Below, in pieces: positions 1-11,332 of a DNA stretch of 64,000 nucleotides. Source of the stretch: an uncultured Christensenella sp. Lineage in GTDB: Bacteria; Bacillota; Clostridia; Christensenellales; UBA3700. The notes under the pieces are model-generated. The model had not been told where the DNA came from and did no database searches. It was given only the letters and a program-made list of their open reading frames with translations. Positions within the stretch are counted from its first letter, which is position 1. The number at the start of each line of letters is the position of its first letter. The DNA lies in the NCBI GenBank assembly GCA_910584635.1, contig CAJUBA010000001.1:330520-394519 (forward strand), read 5' to 3'. A program made the position numbers and the translations under genes.

Positions 1-455
1 TAACTCGATGAAGCGATGGGCATTTGAGCAATCGTGAAATACTTGTTTAACACATCTAACGAAGCGGTTGTCCCCGCTCTTCTTGCGCTTGCGACCGCAA
101 AAGCGGGTTTGTGTTTGAATACTCTCGACCCCGCGTAAAAAACTCTATCCAAAAGGGAAAGTATTCTTCCGCTCGGATGAGCGTAATATACCGGTGTTCC
201 GAATACAAATCCGTCGCAATCTTTTGCTTTTTCAATAAGGCTGTTTACTATATCGTCGCCGAATACGCAGGTGTTGTTTTTAAGCGTTTTCGCGCATTGC
301 ATACACCCTATGCAATCTCTTATCGGATTTGCCCCGATTTGAAAAATTTCGCTCTCAATTCCCTCTTCGGCAAGAGTTTTCGCCACTTCCGTCAGCGCCC
401 TATTCGTACATCCGTTTTTATTGGCGCTTCCGTTGATAAGTAATACTTTCATCAT
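1..455 (-). CDS. flavodoxin-fold / NADPH-dependent FMN reductase family protein (C-terminal end runs off the left edge)
   Basis: Absent from the ORF track because no stop lies in the window. The reverse complement from ATGATG at 455 reads MMKVLLINGSANKNGCTNRALTEVAKTL..CIGCMQC..GFVFGTPVYYAHPSG.., a typical flavodoxin-like FMN reductase N-terminus. An AAGGAGA SD lies just upstream. The + ORF 111..443 is its shadow. Confidence 0.75.
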   Translation of the reverse strand, partial: MMKVLLINGSANKNGCTNRALTEVAKTLAEEGIESEIFQIGANPIRDCIGCMQCAKTLKNNTCVFGDDIVNSLIEKAKDCDGFVFGTPVYYAHPSGRILSLLDRVFYAGSRVFKHKPAFAVASARRAGTTASLDVLNKYFTIAQMPIASSS

Positions 456-469
456 CTTTCTCCTTTTTG

Positions 470-1954
470 CTATTTTTTATAAGATTTTACTATTTTTGCA
501 ATCTCTCGCGACACGTCGCTCGGCAACACTCCGTATTCCGAAAACTCGTCTTTAAGATTTTTCGCCGCGCTTGCAGTAAGATAAGCCGCGCTATATCCGC
601 TTTCCAAAAGACTTCTTCCTTGCGACGCCATACCTAATATAACGCCGCTCAAAGTATCCCCGCTCCCGCCTTTGGAGAGTTCCGCTCCCCCGTTGACTAT
701 CAAAAACACTTTTTTGCCGTCAGTTACTACCGTACTAGCGCCTTTAAGCAACACCTTTACTCCGTATTCTTTCGCAAATGTCATCGCAATTTTTATCGGG
801 TCTTCGGAAATCGCCTCAACGCTCAAACCGGTCAGTCTTGACATCTCTTTGATATGCGGAGTCAATATTACGTCGGCTTTGGACTGGTTAAGTATATCTA
901 TATTTTTAGCAAGCGAGTTCAGTCCGTCCGCATCTATAACAACTTTCACTCGGTAGTTTGTCAGAATATGCGAAATAATCTTTAAGTTTTCTTCGTATTT
1001 ATCGCCGATTCCCATACCTATTGCCACGCAGTCGACGCCTTTCATTGCTTGGTCTATTTCTTTTTCATCGAACAGCATAAATCCGTCTTTGTCGGATATT
1101 CCGCGCGCAGTGCTTTCCCATACTGCCGACGCTATGTTTACGACGTGCGTTTTCGGCACAACAATACTGTTTAATCCCCCGCCGCATCTTAAAGCGCATA
1201 AACCCGCGTTGGCAAGTTTGACTGCGCCCAGGTAATTTGAGCATCCGCCGATAATGGCGCTTTTGCCGTAAGTTCCTTTATGAGTATCGTTTTTGCGCCT
1301 GGGAAAGAGTATGCGAATATCCTCTTCTTCGACTATATTGCAACCGTCAGCATAAAGTCCGATTCCAACGTCTATTACTTTTAACTTTCCCGTCGCGTCT
1401 TTGCCTCCGTTCAGAAACAGTCCGGTCTTTGGATACTGCACCGTAACTGTTTCGTCCGCCTCTACTCGCGCGATTGATTTGCCGTTGTCCCCGTTAAGAC
1501 CGCTCGGTATATCCACGCTTATTTTATAAGCCTTGCTATCGTTGATTCTTTTTATTACATTCGCGTACTTTCCGTCGGGAACGCCTTTGAAGCCAGTACC
1601 GAATATGCAATCTACTATAATATCGCAATGATAATCGCAATCGTTTTCGCTGTAAATATTAGAAAAACCTTTGTCTTTCAACCTGCTCAAATAATATTTA
1701 CCGTCCGAAGAAACAGTATCCTCAATGAGAAATACAAACGCCTCAATGCCGTTGTCCCACATTATTTCGGCTAAAGCAAGTCCGTCGCCTCCGTTGTTTC
1801 CTTTACCGCATATTATATATATCCTGCCCTGCCATTTATAAGAGAAAAATATTTTTTCGGCTACTCTGCGCATAAGTTGAGCGGACGGAACCCCATTTTC
1901 TATAGTCATTCTATCGCAATATGACATTTCTTTAGTCGTTAACGCTATTTTCAT
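470..1954 (-). CDS. nnr: bifunctional NAD(P)H-hydrate epimerase / ADP-dependent dehydratase
   Basis: 494 aa. The N-terminal YjeF_N motif GKGNNGGDG is present. The C-terminal carbohydrate-kinase-like half carries GGSGDTLSG. Confidence 0.9.
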   Translation of the reverse strand: MKIALTTKEMSYCDRMTIENGVPSAQLMRRVAEKIFFSYKWQGRIYIICGKGNNGGDGLALAEIMWDNGIEAFVFLIEDTVSSDGKYYLSRLKDKGFSNIYSENDCDYHCDIIVDCIFGTGFKGVPDGKYANVIKRINDSKAYKISVDIPSGLNGDNGKSIARVEADETVTVQYPKTGLFLNGGKDATGKLKVIDVGIGLYADGCNIVEEEDIRILFPRRKNDTHKGTYGKSAIIGGCSNYLGAVKLANAGLCALRCGGGLNSIVVPKTHVVNIASAVWESTARGISDKDGFMLFDEKEIDQAMKGVDCVAIGMGIGDKYEENLKIISHILTNYRVKVVIDADGLNSLAKNIDILNQSKADVILTPHIKEMSRLTGLSVEAISEDPIKIAMTFAKEYGVKVLLKGASTVVTDGKKVFLIVNGGAELSKGGSGDTLSGVILGMASQGRSLLESGYSAAYLTASAAKNLKDEFSEYGVLPSDVSREIAKIVKSYKK

Positions 1955-1990
1955 ACTTTTTCCACCTTATATGTTCATATCAGCATTCGT

Positions 1991-2611
1991 TCATTCGAAA
2001 TCGTCGTCAACTACTTTGAGAGTAGCCAACGCCTGCGAAATATCTTCCCACTCATATCCTCTGTATTGCAAAAATCTTATCAATTTCGCTCTATTCTTGG
2101 GATCGGACACATCCATACCTTCGGACTTCTTTTTTGCGAGTCTGTTGCAAGAATCGTTTGCAGGCATTTTCGCGAGCGCTTCTTCTATTATATTTTCATC
2201 AATTCCTTTGACTTTCAACTCGTTTCTAATCCGATTCTTACCTTTTATATTACTGTTAAACGCTATATACGAACGTGCGTATTCTTTATCGTTGATATAT
2301 CCGTATTTTTTACACTTGTCTACCGTGTAATCGACTATTATCTTTCCGTAGCCTTTTTCATACAGTTTATTAGCCAAGCCTTTTGCGGTAGGCGTATATT
2401 TACTTATATACGTTAAAGCGTAATCAAACGCTTTGTCTTTATCGCTGTCAAAGATAAGTTTATCCAATTCCGTTTGGCTAATCTCTTTGCCGATTTCCAA
2501 TTTGTGATTGTATATCGCTATCCTACTTACTCCGGCGTAAAACTTTCCGTCGAGAAAAAGATTGGCTCTGTCTATATTCTTAGATTGAAGCGTTATTGCT
2601 GTAATTTTCAT
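1991..2611 (-). CDS. recX: recombination regulator RecX
   Basis: 206 aa with repeated helical RecX-type modules (YALTYISKYTPTAKGLANKLYEKGY, VDKCKKYGYINDKEYARSY, IRNELKVKGIDENIIEEAL). Its start overlaps the upstream gene's stop by 4 nt. Confidence 0.85.
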   Translation of the reverse strand: MKITAITLQSKNIDRANLFLDGKFYAGVSRIAIYNHKLEIGKEISQTELDKLIFDSDKDKAFDYALTYISKYTPTAKGLANKLYEKGYGKIIVDYTVDKCKKYGYINDKEYARSYIAFNSNIKGKNRIRNELKVKGIDENIIEEALAKMPANDSCNRLAKKKSEGMDVSDPKNRAKLIRFLQYRGYEWEDISQALATLKVVDDDFE

Positions 2612-4557
2612 GCTTTTCTTCCGCCTTTGACGTTTTTAGGCTTGCTTTTATTTTTCTCTTTATTAAACTCCTTTCTTGCAGTCTGCTTTGCACTTCCTTT
2701 TGAAAAGTGTTTTGCATTTGAAGCGGCGCGGTTTTCCGATTGAGAACGCGCTATAGCCTGTTCCTTAGTCGGCTTTATCAAACACTCTTGTGAAAAACCT
2801 ATCAAATCTTCTCTGCCCGCTTCTCTCAACGCCTGCGAAATTATTTCGTAATTGCTTTTCTTCCTATACTGCATCAAAGCGCGTTGGTATGTTTTTTCTT
2901 TTTTTGTCTTGGCAACGTATATAGGTTTCATAGTATCGGGATTTAAACCCGTGTAATACATACAGGTAGACTTAGTAGACGGCGTAGGATAAAAATCCTG
3001 AACTTGCTCGGGCATATATCCTATCGATTTAAGATATTGCGCAAGTCTTATAGCGTCTTCAAGCGTACAGCCCGGATGCGAGGAAATCAAATACGGAACA
3101 AGATACTGTTTCTTTCCCAACTTTGCGTTTATCTCGTCATACTTTCGTTTGAATTTCAAATACACGTCAAAAGACGGTTTATTCATCGCTTCCAAAACTT
3201 TATCTGAGATATGCTCGGGCGCTACTTTCAACTGTCCGCTGACATGGTGCTTTATCAATTCGTACAGAAATTCTGGATTTTTATCATATAAAACGTAGTC
3301 GAACCTTATTCCCGAACGGATAAACACTTTTTTTATACCGTCTATCTCTCTCAAAGTTTTGAGCAAATCCAAATACTCGCTGTGATCTACTTGCATTGCA
3401 GGACACGGTTTATATCCTATACAAGACTTATCTCTGCACACTCCCTGCGTCGACTGTTTTTTACAAGCGGGATCGCGAAAGTTTGCTGTCGGACCTCCAA
3501 CGTCGTGAATATAGCCCTTGAAATCCTTATCTTCTACGAGGAGTTTCGCTTCTTTTACAATATTGTCTTTGCTTCTCTTTTGTACTATTCTGCCCTGATG
3601 GAAGGCTATCGCGCAATAATTGCACGCTCCGAAACAACCTCTGACCGAAGTAAGCGAATACTTGACTTCTTCTATAGCAGGAACTCCTCTTTTATACGAC
3701 GGATGATAATTTCTCTCGTAAGGCAAATCGTATATCTCATCCATCTCTTTGACAGACATAGGATACTGCATAGGGTTTTGAATAAGATATTTATCTCCGT
3801 GTTTTTGTAATAGCGTTTTCCCAGAATACGGGTCATTGTTTGCGTACTGCGTTTTGAAAGCCTGAACATACTGCAGTTTATCCATTTTAACCTGCTCGTA
3901 AGACGGGCAGAAATCCACAGCATGCTCCTCTATTGCCTGTTTAAGTTTTGCAGACAAATTTGAAAATTCTTCAAGATAACAAGTCCCGCGAATATCGCGA
4001 ATCTTATCCAAAGGTATTCCTTTTTTCGCCATAGCGAATATCTCTTTTATAGGACGTTCTCCCATACCGTAAATAAGCAAATCTGCTTTTGAAGATACCA
4101 AAATACTGGGAAGTACTTGATCTTTCCAATAATCGTAATGGGCAAATCTACGCAAAGACGCTTCAATACCGCCTATAATAATCGGAGAGTCTGGAAAAAG
4201 TCTTTTAAGGTTATTGCAATAGACGTCGACGCATCTATCCGGTCGCCTGCCGACGTCGCCGCCTTCGCTGTACACGTCGCGAGTACGGCGTATTTTGGCT
4301 ACGGTATAATTATTGACCATGCTGTCTACTACCCCGCTCGACACCATAAAGCCGTATTTCGGTACGCCGAATCGCGTATAATCCGCGTCGCTCATAGGTT
4401 GCGCTACTATAACGACGTCAATACCCAAGGACTGCAAAAGTCGGGACACGATAGCGTGTCCGAAAGACGGGTGATCGACGTAGGCTTCTCCGATAACGTA
4501 AACTATATCGACTTGCCTGCCACCCGTTTCCTCTGTTGAAATTGGTAAAAACGCCAT
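2608..4557 (-). CDS. YgiQ-family (UPF0313) radical SAM protein
   Basis: 649 aa. The N-terminus VDIVYVIGEAYVDHPSFGHAIVSRLL is typical of YgiQ. It has the CxxxCxxC-type cluster CFGACNYC and a Lys-rich C-terminal tail. Confidence 0.85.
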   Translation of the reverse strand: MAFLPISTEETGGRQVDIVYVIGEAYVDHPSFGHAIVSRLLQSLGIDVVIVAQPMSDADYTRFGVPKYGFMVSSGVVDSMVNNYTVAKIRRTRDVYSEGGDVGRRPDRCVDVYCNNLKRLFPDSPIIIGGIEASLRRFAHYDYWKDQVLPSILVSSKADLLIYGMGERPIKEIFAMAKKGIPLDKIRDIRGTCYLEEFSNLSAKLKQAIEEHAVDFCPSYEQVKMDKLQYVQAFKTQYANNDPYSGKTLLQKHGDKYLIQNPMQYPMSVKEMDEIYDLPYERNYHPSYKRGVPAIEEVKYSLTSVRGCFGACNYCAIAFHQGRIVQKRSKDNIVKEAKLLVEDKDFKGYIHDVGGPTANFRDPACKKQSTQGVCRDKSCIGYKPCPAMQVDHSEYLDLLKTLREIDGIKKVFIRSGIRFDYVLYDKNPEFLYELIKHHVSGQLKVAPEHISDKVLEAMNKPSFDVYLKFKRKYDEINAKLGKKQYLVPYLISSHPGCTLEDAIRLAQYLKSIGYMPEQVQDFYPTPSTKSTCMYYTGLNPDTMKPIYVAKTKKEKTYQRALMQYRKKSNYEIISQALREAGREDLIGFSQECLIKPTKEQAIARSQSENRAASNAKHFSKGSAKQTARKEFNKEKNKSKPKNVKGGRKA

Positions 4558-4650
4558 TGTAAACCTCTTTTGCCGTTTATATAAAATGCGTAAAGCGCTA
4601 CGCTTTTGCGACAGTCGCTCTACGCATCAATACTCTGAAAGTCGCTGTTA

Positions 4651-7600
4651 TTATTTGAAATAATCTACGCCGCTTTCGAAAATCTTCATATCGTAATTGC
4701 CTTCGACGTTTTTGTAAAGATTGTCGTCTATACGCTCGCTGTGTCCCATTTTGCCAAGCACTCTTCCATCGGGAGAAATGATTCCCTCGATAGCGTACAT
4801 ACTTCCGTTGGGATTGAACGGCGAAACCATCGTCGCGCTTCCCGTCATGTCAACGTACTGAGTAGCGACTTGCCCGCCTTTGATGATTTTTTGCAATTCT
4901 TCTTCGCTCGCTACGAATCTTCCTTCGCCGTGGCTGACCGGTACTGAGAATACGTCGTCTACGTGAACTCTGTTAAGCCAAGGCGATTTATTGGTCGCGA
5001 CTCTAACTTTAACAATTGTAGAAACGTGTCGCGAAATGTTGTTAAACGTCAACGTAGGCGCTTGCGGCTTCTGTTCTCTTATATCGCCATACGGAACAAG
5101 TCCGAGTTTTATCAACGCTTGGAATCCGTTGCAAATACCCAAAGCAAGTCCGTCTCTTTCATAAAGCAGTTTCATTACCTGTTCGGCAATCATTGGATTT
5201 TTGAAAGTTGTCGCGATAAACTTACCGCTTCCGTCAGGCTCGTCGCCGCCGCTGAATCCGCCGGGGAACGCGATTATCTGACTTTCCTGCAACGCTTTGA
5301 CTATTTCTTTTGCGGATTGCTCAATATCCTTGGACGACTGATTCTTGATTATCAATACGTTTGCTTTCGCTCCCGCTCTTTCAAACGCTCTTGCCGTATC
5401 GTATTCGCAGTTTGTACCCGGAAATACCGGTATAAATACTCTAGGCTTGACGATGTTTCTCGGAGCCTTCTCTACTTTTCTTGCGCAACAAATAAGATTC
5501 TTAACCTCTCCGCTTGCAGGCGCGGTTGTCGGAAATACTCCGTCAAGAGTTCTTTCAAAAGCCTTGACAGCGTCGTCCATTTTAAGTTCGACTCCGCATA
5601 TATCCGCCGTATAAGTTCCGTTGAGCGAAGCGACCTTTTCTACGTCAAATCCGTCCAAATCGCTTATATCGTCTGCAAGTACTACAAAATCGCCAAACTG
5701 CGCAGATAGCATATCGATAGTAATATCATCCCAACTCGTACCGAGTTTATTGCCCATACACGCTTTGAATACGCTTGCTATAACGCCGCCTTCTTCAACA
5801 ACGTTACAAGCCTTAATCTTGCCGTTTGAAATAGATTTAGCAATAGCCTCGTAAAGTTTAAGCGTCTTTGCAAAATCGGGAATATTTTCGCTGTCTTTAG
5901 GTATCGAAATATGATAAATATCTTTTGCTCCCAAATTTTCCGCAAAAGTATTTGTAGCCAACTTGCTTGCCTTGCCTACGCCCATTGCGAAAGAAATCAA
6001 AGTAGGAGGAACGTCTATATTTTCAAACGTACCGCTCATACTGTCCTTTCCGCCTATTGCGCCCACTCCGAATCCTATCTGAGCGTACAGCGCGCCCAAC
6101 AACGCGGAAAGCGGCTGTCCCCATCTTTCGGGATCTTGATTAAGTCTTTTGAAGAATTCTTGCAAGGACAGTCTTATCGTATCTACTGTAATACCGCAAG
6201 CGACTTGCTTTGAAAGCGAAAGCAATATGGAATATATCGCTCCCGTAAACGGCGAAGCGCTCATAAGTTGCGGCGAACATCCGTACGTAGATACCGTAAC
6301 CGTATCAGTATGTCCCGATACCGGCGGTTTGCACGCCATCGCTATAGCGGGAGTAAGTTGATACTTTCCGCCGAAAGGCATAAGAACGCTTGACGCTCCG
6401 ATTGTGCCGTCAAACATTTCCCCCAATCCTTTTGTCGAACAAACGTTGAGTCTTGACAATTCATTGAGAACGGCTTTATCGAATTCGCCTTTATCAAAAT
6501 ATTTTTGCGACTGCGCGTCTACTCTGCTCATGTAATCGGTTACGTTGTCTTTTACGTTTGCGATTTGAGTTTGTTTTACTCCGTTGGTATCTAAAAACTT
6601 TCTTTTCAAATCCACAATACAGTTGCCCGCGTAGAACATTCTCATTCTTCCGTTGTCCGTTACTTCCGCAACCGCAGTAGCCGCAAGGTTTTCCGTCTTT
6701 GCATACTCGATAAATTTATCTACGTCGTTCTTGTCCAATACTACCGCCATTCTCTCTTGCGATTCGGAAATAGCAAGTTCCGTACCGCTAAGTCCTTCGT
6801 ACTTTTTGGGAACCTTATCGAGATAAATATCCAAACTGTCGGCAAGTTCACCGATAGCGACGCTGACACCGCCCGCGCCGAAGTCGTTACATTTGACTAT
6901 AAGCGTAGACACGTCCTTATTTCTGAAAAGTCTTTGTATTTTTCTTTCCGTAGGCGGATTACCTTTCTGTACTTCCGCTCCGCAGACTTCTACGGATTTT
7001 TCGGTATGCGCTTTTGACGAACCAGTCGCTCCGCCGCAACCGTCTCTTCCTGTTTCTCCGCCGAGAAGAACTATAATATCGCCTTTAACGGGTTTTCTTC
7101 TGACAACATTTTCTTTGGGCGCGCCCGCTATGACGTAACCCGTCTCCAATCTCTTGGCTTTGTAATTGTCGTGATACATTTCCGATACAAGTCCGGTGGA
7201 AAGTCCTATTTGGTTACCGTAACTCGAATAGCCCGCCGCAGCCGTCTTTGTAATTACTCTTTGAGGTAGTTTACCTTTGAGCGTGGTAGAAATATCCGCG
7301 GTAGGATCGCCCGCTCCGGTAACTCTCATCGCCTGATACACGTACGTTCTGCCCGAAAGCGGATCTCTGATAGCGCCGCCCAAACAGGTAGCCGCTCCTC
7401 CGAAAGGTTCGATTTCCGTCGGATGGTTGTGCGTTTCATTTTTGAACATTATCAGCCACTTTTCATTTTTACCGTTGTTGTCAACGTCGACTTCGACAGA
7501 ACAAGCGTTGATTTCATCGCTTACGTCCAAGTTGTCCAGTTTGCCGAGTTTTTTAAGTTTCTTAACCGCGATAGTTGCTATATCCATAAGACAGGGATAC

Positions 7601-8388
7601 TTATCCTCTCTGGACGCGTTGAATTCCTTGTACAAATCTCTGTAAAGAGAAAGCGCCTTTTCGACGTGAGAGTTGTTGCTCTCAACGTTTATCTCGACCA
7701 ACTCCGTCGCAAAAGTCGTATGTCTGCAATGGTCGGACCAATATGTATCTATTACTTTTATTTCGCTTTCCGTAGGATTTCTGTCTTCGCTTTTGAAATA
7801 GTCGCGAACAAAAATCAAATCTTTTTCGCTCATCGCAAATCCCGTCTTTTTATGATAGTCCGATATTTCCTTGTCGGACATCTTAATAAATCCTTCAAGT
7901 ACGGGAACGGTGAGATTCTGTACTACGTCCTGAACAAGCGTAGCGGGAATATTCATAGACCCTTCTCTGCTTTCTACAGGATTTATAACGTACTTCTTTA
8001 TTTTCGCAAACTCTTCTTCGCTAGCGCCTTTGAAAGCGTAAAGTTTGGCGCATTTAATCAAAGGTCTATCGGACATTGAAAGAAGTTGAACGCATTGCAT
8101 AGCGCTGTCCGCTCTTTGATCGTATTGTCCCGGCAAATATTCTACCGCCAACAATTTATATCCGTCCAGATTCGGCAACTCTTCATAAAGATTATCTACG
8201 GGTTGCTCGCTGAAAATCGTCGTCTTTGCGCTTTCGAAAACACTAGATTCGATGTTTTCCACATCATATCTGATAAATTCGCGTACGTCTTCTACAGATA
8301 TCGAAAGCACGTTTTTGATATCCGAAGCAAGTTTTTTTGCCGATACGTTGTATCCTTCTTTTTTCTCTACGAAAATTCTCTTTACCAT
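4651..8388 (-). CDS. purL: phosphoribosylformylglycinamidine synthase, single-chain large form
   Basis: 1245 aa with FGAM synthase AIR-synthase-like repeats plus a C-terminal glutamine amidotransferase domain (GICNGFQ, HGEGR). Confidence 0.95.
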   Translation of the reverse strand: MVKRIFVEKKEGYNVSAKKLASDIKNVLSISVEDVREFIRYDVENIESSVFESAKTTIFSEQPVDNLYEELPNLDGYKLLAVEYLPGQYDQRADSAMQCVQLLSMSDRPLIKCAKLYAFKGASEEEFAKIKKYVINPVESREGSMNIPATLVQDVVQNLTVPVLEGFIKMSDKEISDYHKKTGFAMSEKDLIFVRDYFKSEDRNPTESEIKVIDTYWSDHCRHTTFATELVEINVESNNSHVEKALSLYRDLYKEFNASREDKYPCLMDIATIAVKKLKKLGKLDNLDVSDEINACSVEVDVDNNGKNEKWLIMFKNETHNHPTEIEPFGGAATCLGGAIRDPLSGRTYVYQAMRVTGAGDPTADISTTLKGKLPQRVITKTAAAGYSSYGNQIGLSTGLVSEMYHDNYKAKRLETGYVIAGAPKENVVRRKPVKGDIIVLLGGETGRDGCGGATGSSKAHTEKSVEVCGAEVQKGNPPTERKIQRLFRNKDVSTLIVKCNDFGAGGVSVAIGELADSLDIYLDKVPKKYEGLSGTELAISESQERMAVVLDKNDVDKFIEYAKTENLAATAVAEVTDNGRMRMFYAGNCIVDLKRKFLDTNGVKQTQIANVKDNVTDYMSRVDAQSQKYFDKGEFDKAVLNELSRLNVCSTKGLGEMFDGTIGASSVLMPFGGKYQLTPAIAMACKPPVSGHTDTVTVSTYGCSPQLMSASPFTGAIYSILLSLSKQVACGITVDTIRLSLQEFFKRLNQDPERWGQPLSALLGALYAQIGFGVGAIGGKDSMSGTFENIDVPPTLISFAMGVGKASKLATNTFAENLGAKDIYHISIPKDSENIPDFAKTLKLYEAIAKSISNGKIKACNVVEEGGVIASVFKACMGNKLGTSWDDITIDMLSAQFGDFVVLADDISDLDGFDVEKVASLNGTYTADICGVELKMDDAVKAFERTLDGVFPTTAPASGEVKNLICCARKVEKAPRNIVKPRVFIPVFPGTNCEYDTARAFERAGAKANVLIIKNQSSKDIEQSAKEIVKALQESQIIAFPGGFSGGDEPDGSGKFIATTFKNPMIAEQVMKLLYERDGLALGICNGFQALIKLGLVPYGDIREQKPQAPTLTFNNISRHVSTIVKVRVATNKSPWLNRVHVDDVFSVPVSHGEGRFVASEEELQKIIKGGQVATQYVDMTGSATMVSPFNPNGSMYAIEGIISPDGRVLGKMGHSERIDDNLYKNVEGNYDMKIFESGVDYFK

Positions 8389-8428
8389 AACAGTTTCCTT
8401 ATTATATTTATCTATTTAATAGTATCTT

Positions 8429-9685
8429 TTATTTTTTGATTCCTATATCTTTTCTATAGAATGCGCCGTCGAAAGAAATTTTTTCAACGTTTGCATACGC
8501 TTTCTCTCTAGCCACGTTTATATCTTTGCCAAGCGCCGTTACACCCAACACTCTTCCGCCGGAGGTAACCAATTTGCCGTCCTGCAACTTAGTACCCGCA
8601 TGGAAAAGCAATATATCTTTATCTAAATCGCCGATTGTAATTGCTTTGCCTTTTTCGTAATTTTCGGGATAACCTCCGCTAGCCATTACCACGCATACGC
8701 ATGCCTCGTCCGACCATTCGATATTCAATTTATCGAGAGTACCGTCAACTACCGCATTGAAAATATCCGCCAAATCGGTTTTTAATCTGGGAAGTACAAC
8801 TTGAGTCTCCGGATCTCCGAAACGCGCGTTGTATTCAACTACCTTTACCCCGTCGCTAGTTAGCATAAGACCGAAATAAAGCACGCCTTTGAAAGTTCTT
8901 CCTTCGCGGTTCATTGCGTCGAGTGTGGGAAGAATAATATTGTTCATTACTTCTTTTTCAATTTCTGGAGTGTAGATAGCAGACGGAGAGAACGTACCCA
9001 TACCGCCGGTATTCAAACCTTCGTCGTTATCGTAAGCGCGCTTGTGATCTCTGGCGTTTACCATAGGAACAATCGTCTTTCCGTCGCAAAACGAAAGAAT
9101 GGACACTTCCTGCCCAGACATAAACTCTTCGACGATAACAGTCTTACCTGCGTCTTTGAACTTACTGTCGATCATCATTTCCTTAACCGCTTTAAGTCCT
9201 TCGTCGACGTTGTTGCAAATTATAACGCCCTTACCCAAAGCAAGTCCGTCCGCTTTGACTACCAACGGATATTTTGCTTTGGACACGTAATCTTTTGCAT
9301 TTTCATAGTCGTTGAACTCTTCGTAGTTTGCGGTAGGTATACCGTATTTCTTCATCAAATATTTCGAAAAAGCCTTGCTCGCTTCGATAATAGCGGCGTT
9401 TGCCTTCGGTCCGAACGCCCTGTGTCCTTTTTCATTCAGTCTGTCTACAAGACCTCCTGCCAAAGGATCGTCGGGAGCAACAACCGTCAATTCAATATCT
9501 TTATGCGAATCCACAAATTCGACAATCGAATCAAAATCCATTACGCTTATGGGTACGCACTCGGCAATTTCGCTTATTCCGCCGTTGCCCGGCAAACAGT
9601 ATATTTTATCGACCTTGGGACTCTTTGACAGCGCCCAACAAATCGTATGCTCTCTTCCTCCGCTTCCTATTACAAGAATATTCAT
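8429..9685 (-). CDS. purD: phosphoribosylamine--glycine ligase
   Basis: 418 aa. N-terminus MNILVIGSGGREHTICWAL. ATP-grasp core. Confidence 0.95.
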   Translation of the reverse strand: MNILVIGSGGREHTICWALSKSPKVDKIYCLPGNGGISEIAECVPISVMDFDSIVEFVDSHKDIELTVVAPDDPLAGGLVDRLNEKGHRAFGPKANAAIIEASKAFSKYLMKKYGIPTANYEEFNDYENAKDYVSKAKYPLVVKADGLALGKGVIICNNVDEGLKAVKEMMIDSKFKDAGKTVIVEEFMSGQEVSILSFCDGKTIVPMVNARDHKRAYDNDEGLNTGGMGTFSPSAIYTPEIEKEVMNNIILPTLDAMNREGRTFKGVLYFGLMLTSDGVKVVEYNARFGDPETQVVLPRLKTDLADIFNAVVDGTLDKLNIEWSDEACVCVVMASGGYPENYEKGKAITIGDLDKDILLFHAGTKLQDGKLVTSGGRVLGVTALGKDINVAREKAYANVEKISFDGAFYRKDIGIKK

Positions 9686-9762
9686 ATTAACTCCTATCTT
9701 TTTTCAATTATTGGCTACAGTTTATCTATATATTAAATCCGTATCTACAAGTCTTTCGTATT

Positions 9763-11301
9763 TTAATGCTTAAAATGACGATCGCCCGAGAATACCATAG
9801 CAATGCCGAATTTATCGCAAGAATCTATAGAGAGTTGATCTCTTACGCTGCCGCCCGGTTGAAGTATGGCAGATATTCCGCCTGCATTCGCCGCTTCAAC
9901 GCAGTCGTCAAACGGGAAGAATGCGTCGGACGCCAAAACCGCGCCTTTGGTATCGGTCAAAGAGTGTTCTATTGCCTGCTTTGTCGCTCTTATTCTATTA
10001 ACCTGACCGCCTCCGATTCCCAGTATAGTTTTATCCTTCGCAACAACTATAGCGTTGGATTTCGTATGTTTTACTACTTTCATAGCAAATATCATATCTT
10101 CCATCTGCTCTTGCGTAGGTTGTTTTTTCGTAACTACCCGACACTTGTCGAGGTCGACGACTTTTCTGTCAAATTCCTGAACAAGCAATCCGCCGAGGAC
10201 TTTTTTCATATCATAACTATCCGCGGGAACGGTATTCATTATAGTCGGCAATTTCAATAGCCTTATGTTGGCTTTTTGTTTGAGTATCTCCAATGCCTCG
10301 TCCGTGAAATCGGGAGCGACGACTATTTCTATAAAGATATTGTGTATCTGCTCTGCGGTTTCCTTATCTATAGTTCTGTTGGAAGCGACTATTCCTCCGA
10401 ATATCGACGTAGGATCGGCAGCGTTGGCTTTGAAAAACGCTTCGCTGATTGTTTTTGCAGTAGCCACTCCGCAAGGATTTGCGTGCTTAACCGCTACTAT
10501 CGTCGGCTCTGTAAATTCTCTTAAAAGGTCGAGCGCGCCGTTGGTATCGTTTATATTGTTGTAAGAGAGTTCTTTACCGTGCAACTGCTCCGCTACGGCG
10601 AGCGAACCGGCAACGTCAAACGCTTCTTTATAGAATACGGCGTTTTGATGCGGATTTTCTCCGTATCTCATATCTTGCGCTTTATCGAAAGCCATAGTAA
10701 ATTGATCCGGGAATTCTATACCCAATTTCTTTCTCAAATAATTCGCAATAAGGGTATCGTAATAAGAAGTATGCTGATAAACCTTATACATAAGATAAAA
10801 CTTGGTTTCTTTTGTAATACCGCCGTTTTTCAACTCTTCCAATACCTTAGCGTAATCCGCAGGGTCTACCATTACCGCTACGTCTTGATAATTCTTTGCG
10901 GCGCTTCTAAGCATAGTCGGTCCGCCGATATCGATATTTTCAATAGCAGTCTGCAAATCTATATTCGGTTTCTTTACGGTTTCTTTGAAAGGATAAAGGT
11001 TTACCACTACTATATCTATCGGATCGATATTCATGCTTTTTAGGAAATCCATGTGTTCGGCATTATCCCTCATCGCAAGAAGTCCTGCGTGAACTTTAGG
11101 ATGCAATGTCTTCACTCTTCCGTCAAGACATTCCGGAAAACCGGTAACCGAAGAAATATCCACTGCTTTTACGCCCGATTCGTTGAGGACTTTCAAAGTA
11201 CCTCCGGTGGAAATGATTTCATAACCGAATTCAATTAAATTCTTTGCCAACTCAACGATACCCGTCTTATCGGATACGCTGATGAGCGCTTTCTTTGCCA
11301 T
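9763..11301 (-). CDS. purH: bifunctional AICAR formyltransferase / IMP cyclohydrolase
   Basis: The conserved N-terminus [14 protein letters not shown] begins at the ATG at 11301, which is preceded by AGGAG. The ORF-track start at 11388 would overlap purN and adds 29 non-conserved residues. Confidence 0.93.
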   Translation of the reverse strand: MAKKALISVSDKTGIVELAKNLIEFGYEIISTGGTLKVLNESGVKAVDISSVTGFPECLDGRVKTLHPKVHAGLLAMRDNAEHMDFLKSMNIDPIDIVVVNLYPFKETVKKPNIDLQTAIENIDIGGPTMLRSAAKNYQDVAVMVDPADYAKVLEELKNGGITKETKFYLMYKVYQHTSYYDTLIANYLRKKLGIEFPDQFTMAFDKAQDMRYGENPHQNAVFYKEAFDVAGSLAVAEQLHGKELSYNNINDTNGALDLLREFTEPTIVAVKHANPCGVATAKTISEAFFKANAADPTSIFGGIVASNRTIDKETAEQIHNIFIEIVVAPDFTDEALEILKQKANIRLLKLPTIMNTVPADSYDMKKVLGGLLVQEFDRKVVDLDKCRVVTKKQPTQEQMEDMIFAMKVVKHTKSNAIVVAKDKTILGIGGGQVNRIRATKQAIEHSLTDTKGAVLASDAFFPFDDCVEAANAGGISAILQPGGSVRDQLSIDSCDKFGIAMVFSGDRHFKH

Positions 11302-11332
11302 TGTATATACTCCTAATCTTAAATTATTGTTT

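Noticed and set aside
111-443. 110-aa plus-strand ORF at the left edge
   Set aside because: It lies entirely antisense to a much better minus-strand flavodoxin-like reading frame (1..455). That frame has a clear SD, an ATG and conserved motifs. The plus-strand ORF has no recognisable motif.
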